The notes under the pieces are model-generated. The model searched no databases. It worked only from the letters and a program-made list of their open reading frames with translations, and was not told the DNA's origin. Positions 55,301-61,300 of a DNA stretch of 64,000 bases are shown here, one piece after another. The position numbers and the translations under genes were made by a program. Within the stretch, counting starts at the first letter, position 1. Each line of letters opens with the position of its first letter. This DNA is from Perna viridis (taxonomy: Eukaryota), in assembly GCA_037379345.1 (NCBI GenBank), contig CM074511.1:25775171-25839170 (forward strand). The letters are read 5' to 3'.

Positions 55301-58300
55301 AAAGGTTAACAGGTATGCTGTTACTAAAAAATATTGCCTTACTTACCTGTTAATGACCCACTACCAGAAACAGACAATACAGCATCATCCTCAATAATAA
55401 CATCAGTGGCTTCAAGGTTTATAGTCTTAGTGGCTGATCTAATATCTAATGTTGATTTGACCTTCATGTGGAACAAAGTCAAGGTCAAACTTAAAGGGTC
55501 ATCATACACTACTAATGTGGAATTATATCCAAGTGTAAGTGATTGAGCATTACTGTATATAGCTCCTGGTTTCAAATCTAATGTTGAATATTCATGTAGA
55601 GTCAGAGAGTTGACTTGTAGGTTTCCAGTATTTTGGACTGTCACAGTTCCATGGTCCCAGATTCTGAATGTATTCGCTATTAAAGACCCTGCAAGATTTA
55701 GAGTTGGATTATTTCCTGTGAAGTCAAAATCAGTGTTAACCTGAAGTGTTGATCCAGCTTTAATGTCAAAGTTACACTGACAACCATGATTAAGGTCATC
55801 AAATGAGGATATTGACAGTTTAGAATTGTCAGACAATGTGACAGTTCCTGATCCATCTGACATCAGTTTACTGACAGCTAGGTCTGTTGTAAGTGACAAA
55901 GAAGTTCCATTGGTCAGCTGGACTTCATTCAGTGAGCTTGGAAGTGAAAGTCCATCCATCAAGTCTATAGTACCAGCCTGGTTCAGCAACAGTGTGGTAT
56001 ATGCTGACCCAGAAACTGTCTTAGAAACATACACAGTGCCTGAAAATTGAATTGCAAATATTAACGACTATGCATTTAGAGTTTATAACCTTCAACTCCA
56101 TAATTAAACTTGCTTAAACTGTCAAGTTACCCCCACAAGAATTTCAATAGATGAACTTCAAACTATTTAAAACTTGTTTCAAAATGCTTGTGATAAGCAC
56201 AGTTAATTTGGAGTAAACTTAGATTAACAAACAATCTAAAGTATTTCTTAAGAACTTACAGGCTTAAGTGAGTTTTAAACATAGTTCAGTTGTATAAAGA
56301 AAACATTCAATCACATGATTTCAGTTTTTCAAAAATGTTCATTCATGCTGTCAAAGAATGAAAATTTATTCTCAAAATAAGAAAATAAAACAAACTTATG
56401 GATCAATTATTCATCATTCCAGAGTTGATAATATTAACTAACCAGGTGATGCACCATTGCCAGATGCTGACATTAATCCACCATAGCGGTAAGCCTCTGA
56501 CACAGTCACAGATATCCTTCCACCTCCACCTCCCCCTGACCCACCATTGGCTGACAATGTACCAGTACCGGTCATATCCTTAGTGGTAACTAGTATGCTC
56601 CCACCGCTGCCACCAGAGGTTGATGAATCAAATCCACTCACGTCAATATCACCATTCAATGTGAACTTATTGATAACTACAAGTTCAATTTGGCCTCCAC
56701 CAGTTCCTAAAAATGATGATGCACCATAACCATTACTTCCATAAGCCTTTGGAGAGACAATATTTCCATAAATTTTTCCTACTGGATTAGCAATATTCTT
56801 GCCTGCACCACCATGACTCGCACCAGATGAACTAACACTAGGCTCGCCTGGACCTCCAGAAACATAACCTTTACCCTTTCCATCTATGACCCCACCATAC
56901 TTAATTTCGAGGTTGGTGACTGTGATTTTGGTGAAATTTTTACCTTCTGGGTCTCCTGTTAGGATAAGCTTACCACCAGCTTCTATGACAATGCTGTTAT
57001 ATGAGTAGGCCTTGGCAGCCAGTTCACATTGTGTATCTCTGTAGATGAGGAGATCTGTTGTGCTATCACAAGTTGCATTCAACAGTGGACTAATCTCACT
57101 GGTGTGTAAAGCAACCACATCAATTGGATTAGAATTGATAGTGTAGCCAGCTGACACATTTAAATGTTCTAACTGTAAAGTTGTAGACTGATCAGACCTC
57201 ATGCATTTGGATGTGTGTTCAAACTTCCCATTGTAATCTATCACTAATGATTTCCACACCAGTCGACTATGGGTGTTAGTACCAGCATAATAGCTGTTTG
57301 TCTGGGCTGGATTTCCTATTTGTACGATACCAGAATCTCTAACAAATACATTGTTTGTCTTCAACATCAACGTACCACAAATCTCCAGAATGTGACCTCT
57401 TTCAACAATGACATTTTCAGGTAGCTCTAATTTACCATAATTACTAATGTGAATGGATGATTTAATTGAAAGCTCTGATACGGCTGATGGATATTTGGTT
57501 GAAACGTAGACTTCATTAAATTTGTCTACGGTGAAGTTTGACTGTGTTGTACCAGTTATGTCCCCTACTGTAACACTGAGAGCAGCGCCAATATCTGGTC
57601 TGGTAGTAAAGGCAACATTATCGTCAGTCTGGATGTCAATTTGGTCAATTTCAACAGAAAATTCTGTAGATGGTACAGGAATTCTACTAACAGCATCAGT
57701 TGGTACGTCATTGTTGTTAATTATAACCTATTAATGGATAAATGCTGTTTTATATTTTTGGTCATAAAACATTTGGCAACTTTTCATGTTTAAAAATCCA
57801 TTTAAGTATTACATGTACAAAAATAAATTGCTGTTTTAAAAGTTTGTCTTTTGAAATATTTGTGTGGTAGCTTAATATTTTCATAATACAGACATTTCTA
57901 AATATTTGTTTGCATATAACAAAGTAAAACATTTAAAAAAAAAAAATGTCTTCATAAAGCTACTGTCAACCATGATAATCCTGAAGTTCACAAAAACTCA
58001 TTTTCAAGGAAATTTAATCAAAAACCTCTCAATCTCATTTATTAGTGGTAGATTTCTTTTTTGTCACAAATAACAATTAACAAAATGTTGAAATCATTGT
58101 AACCTTTTATTTTTGCCAAAATTGAAATTTTAAAATACATTAATTCAAACTTGCATTTTGGTCTTTAATTGTAAAATTGTAATGATAAATGCATTTAAAT
58201 ATATTGATTTCTAAAATTTCTGTAAACTTTATACATGTATATCACTGAAGACTAACCTTTCTATCTGGTGAAAGGGAGTTAATATCCTTGGCAAGGTAGA

Positions 58301-61300
58301 TAACTCCAGCTGCACCATGTTGCCCATTGCCATTGCCATGACCTCCATAGGCCATGAGGTTACCTTTAATGTTGCCATTGGTGTATTCAAGGGAGATAAT
58401 TCCACCACCCCCGCCTCCACCATCAATACCATTACCGCCATTAACACTTATTTTCCCTATAATTATATAATACTAATGATGAAATAATTTAATTGTCATG
58501 TGAAAATATTAAATATATAATGAGCAACTAAAGCCTGAGAAATACCAAGCTCTATGAAGTTCCCAAAATACTGTCTCTTTTTCCAACTATTTCTTGATTT
58601 TTTTTTTCTGAACCCCTCCATTTTGAAAGTGTAATTTGACTAGTGCAATTTGAAACAAGGAAATAGGAGATTTTCCATATGTTGGTATAACTGAGTTATG
58701 ATTTCATTGAAATACACTAAAATGAACATTTCATAGGGCAGATAACTCTGTCAAATATCTCATTTTTCTATAAACATTCTGATGAAATATTTCTGAGCAA
58801 ATCCAGTGATACAGAGATTAAACAATGGTCTTTTCAAATAAACAAAGCATCTTTGAGTGAAATTATATTGTAAGATAGGTGGTGTTTTGACAGGCATGTT
58901 TCAGAATTTCCATTTTGCCTGATTCTTACAAAAACTTACACATAAACCGACCAATATGATACCCCTTCTTTCAAGATTTTTTACCTGTAACATCAATACT
59001 TGTTGCTGCTGAGATCCATACTCCACCACCAGAACCTCCTCCACTGGCTGATGTAGCACTCTCACCACTGAAAAAAAAACAGTATTGTTAAAAGAGACAT
59101 GACACAAAATTTTTTTTTTCAATTCTTGGTTTATTGGATTTATTACACCAAATATATATCATAAAAACGTCCCTTGTAGTCACATACGTCATATAAATAA
59201 TTAATTAAAGATAAATTGATTCAAAATCGACGATGAACCAAGCCATACAAATTTTAATTAGCCATGTGGTCACATGACCATGCTACATCATTGGTTCTCA
59301 ATTCATAGATCGAGTAGTTGAAATGCGTGGGGCTCCTGCACTTTTTACATGATTTCAACAACTGAGAGGGAAAATATTGAAAGTTTATATACTTACAGTT
59401 GTATCAATTTAAACCACTTCGAGAAGAAAATGATAAACAATGACAGAAATATTTAACTACTTCATGTATGAAGACTATGTGAATTGTTTTATTTCAAAAT
59501 TTGTAAGACAAAAGAAATGCAATTATTTTTCAATTATCCAAGTTATACACCTGTGTTGACACCTGTGTCACGAGGTGCCAAACCATGTTAAGATAAAAGA
59601 AGCCGCCTACACTTTCTCTTTGCCATAATTAAGCCTACCGGGCTTGCTAATTGTTATAACCTAGCATCAAAGAAAGAACGATACACAGAGTGTCATTATT
59701 TTAGTTGTACCCTCCTGTTCAAGTCCTAAAATAGTGTGCAAAGTAGTTGCATTTTCGCCAGGCGGGAATGTATGCCTAAAAAAATGAAAAGCTGAAGGAA
59801 AACAAGAAGAACTTTAGCCTTCTTACTTTTTACACATGAATATTACAATCATACACAGATCATTAGACCACTCTGCATCATATATGCAAGCTATTTTCAA
59901 AGATTTATTAATTTTTTCGGGCATGTGTATATATTTTCGATGCACCCAAATGGAGATTGAGAACCAATGACATAGCACTTCCATGTATGGTAAGTGAGTG
60001 TTATTAACTTCCGGATTTCATTTATGCATATTAATTAGATCGTCATGATAACACAAATAAATCATTCTAACTTTACTTAGCCCTAACCTGATGAAAAAAC
60101 GTTTGTTACACTCCTATCTAAACATACTCTAGTTTTTATAAATATAAATGTTTAAAAAATGATATTTTTGCATCACGTCTCCTTTAAGAGACACAAATAT
60201 CACATTTTCTGTCCTTTTCAGCCATGAAAAATTTTCTCCAATCTTGATTATCTGAAACTCTCCACATACTATGAGTAAAAAGTGAGATACTGCATTACAA
60301 AAAAATTCCACATTGAATCAATCAAGTCATATTCTACAATTCTACATTTTCCTAAAGTCCACTAATTCAAAGAGAAACAATGTCCAACTTCATAAAACTT
60401 AATTTGAAGTTATCCCTAAGTCTTTCTTCCACTCAATTTTCAACCAATCAGCGTGCTTATTTATTGAAATTAGAGAAAAAAACTCAAGGATTTGAGGACT
60501 ATATCAATTTAAGTTTCTTTCATGATACCTGAACATTGAAAGGAATGATGAAGTCAGAAACCTAACACTAAATATATATCCTACTTACTCTGCTGTTATG
60601 TCCCCTTTATGAACAACATTGGCAGCTTGGATATGGAGTAATCCTCCTCCTTTAGTGTTATCTCCACCAGATCCCATGTACATAGGTTTCTGGTAGGAAT
60701 CGTAAGCAGCTCCACCAGAGTAATCACTTATACCCCCTCCTTCACCAGCATGGCTAGCTCCAGCATGGTTCGTACCTGCTCCTTTAATTTAGATTTTTAA
60801 AATTACAACATGAAGATGCACATATTATAGTGCTAGGTATACCCAACTTGTACAGCCATCCCACAAAACAGGAAGTCGATACATGTATTGGAAAGACCAA
60901 ATTTGCTCACAACTTATGCACCATCTATATCAAATTTGAAATAATGTATGCCCAATAGTGCAACAATTTTTCTGAATCAATAATGGCTGGCTCAGAAAAT
61001 GATTTAAAAGTTCCCTAAGAAATCAACCAAATTTTGCACCAATTGAAAGAGTTATCTCCCTTTTCACTTTTTATGAGCAACTCGGCGGGTGTTTTCTAGA
61101 AAAGCAAAGAAGCTTACCCTACCGGTGCACCTGGTCCATGCTTCCAGTTTTTAGTGGAGTCCGAGTTGCTCATTTACTTTTGTTACTTTGTATGTATGAT
61201 TTTAGTTACTTTATGTTCTTTGTTGTGAATGTCTGTTTTCCATGTCTGGTCTTTGTCCCTGGATTACATTCTTTTGATTACCGCTATAACCTTGGTTCCC

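Noticed and set aside
33059-57734. Many short plus-strand Pro-rich ORFs (e.g. 34083-34289, 46329-46517, 53428-53691)
   Set aside because: They are antisense shadows of GGN glycine codons in the real minus-strand exons.
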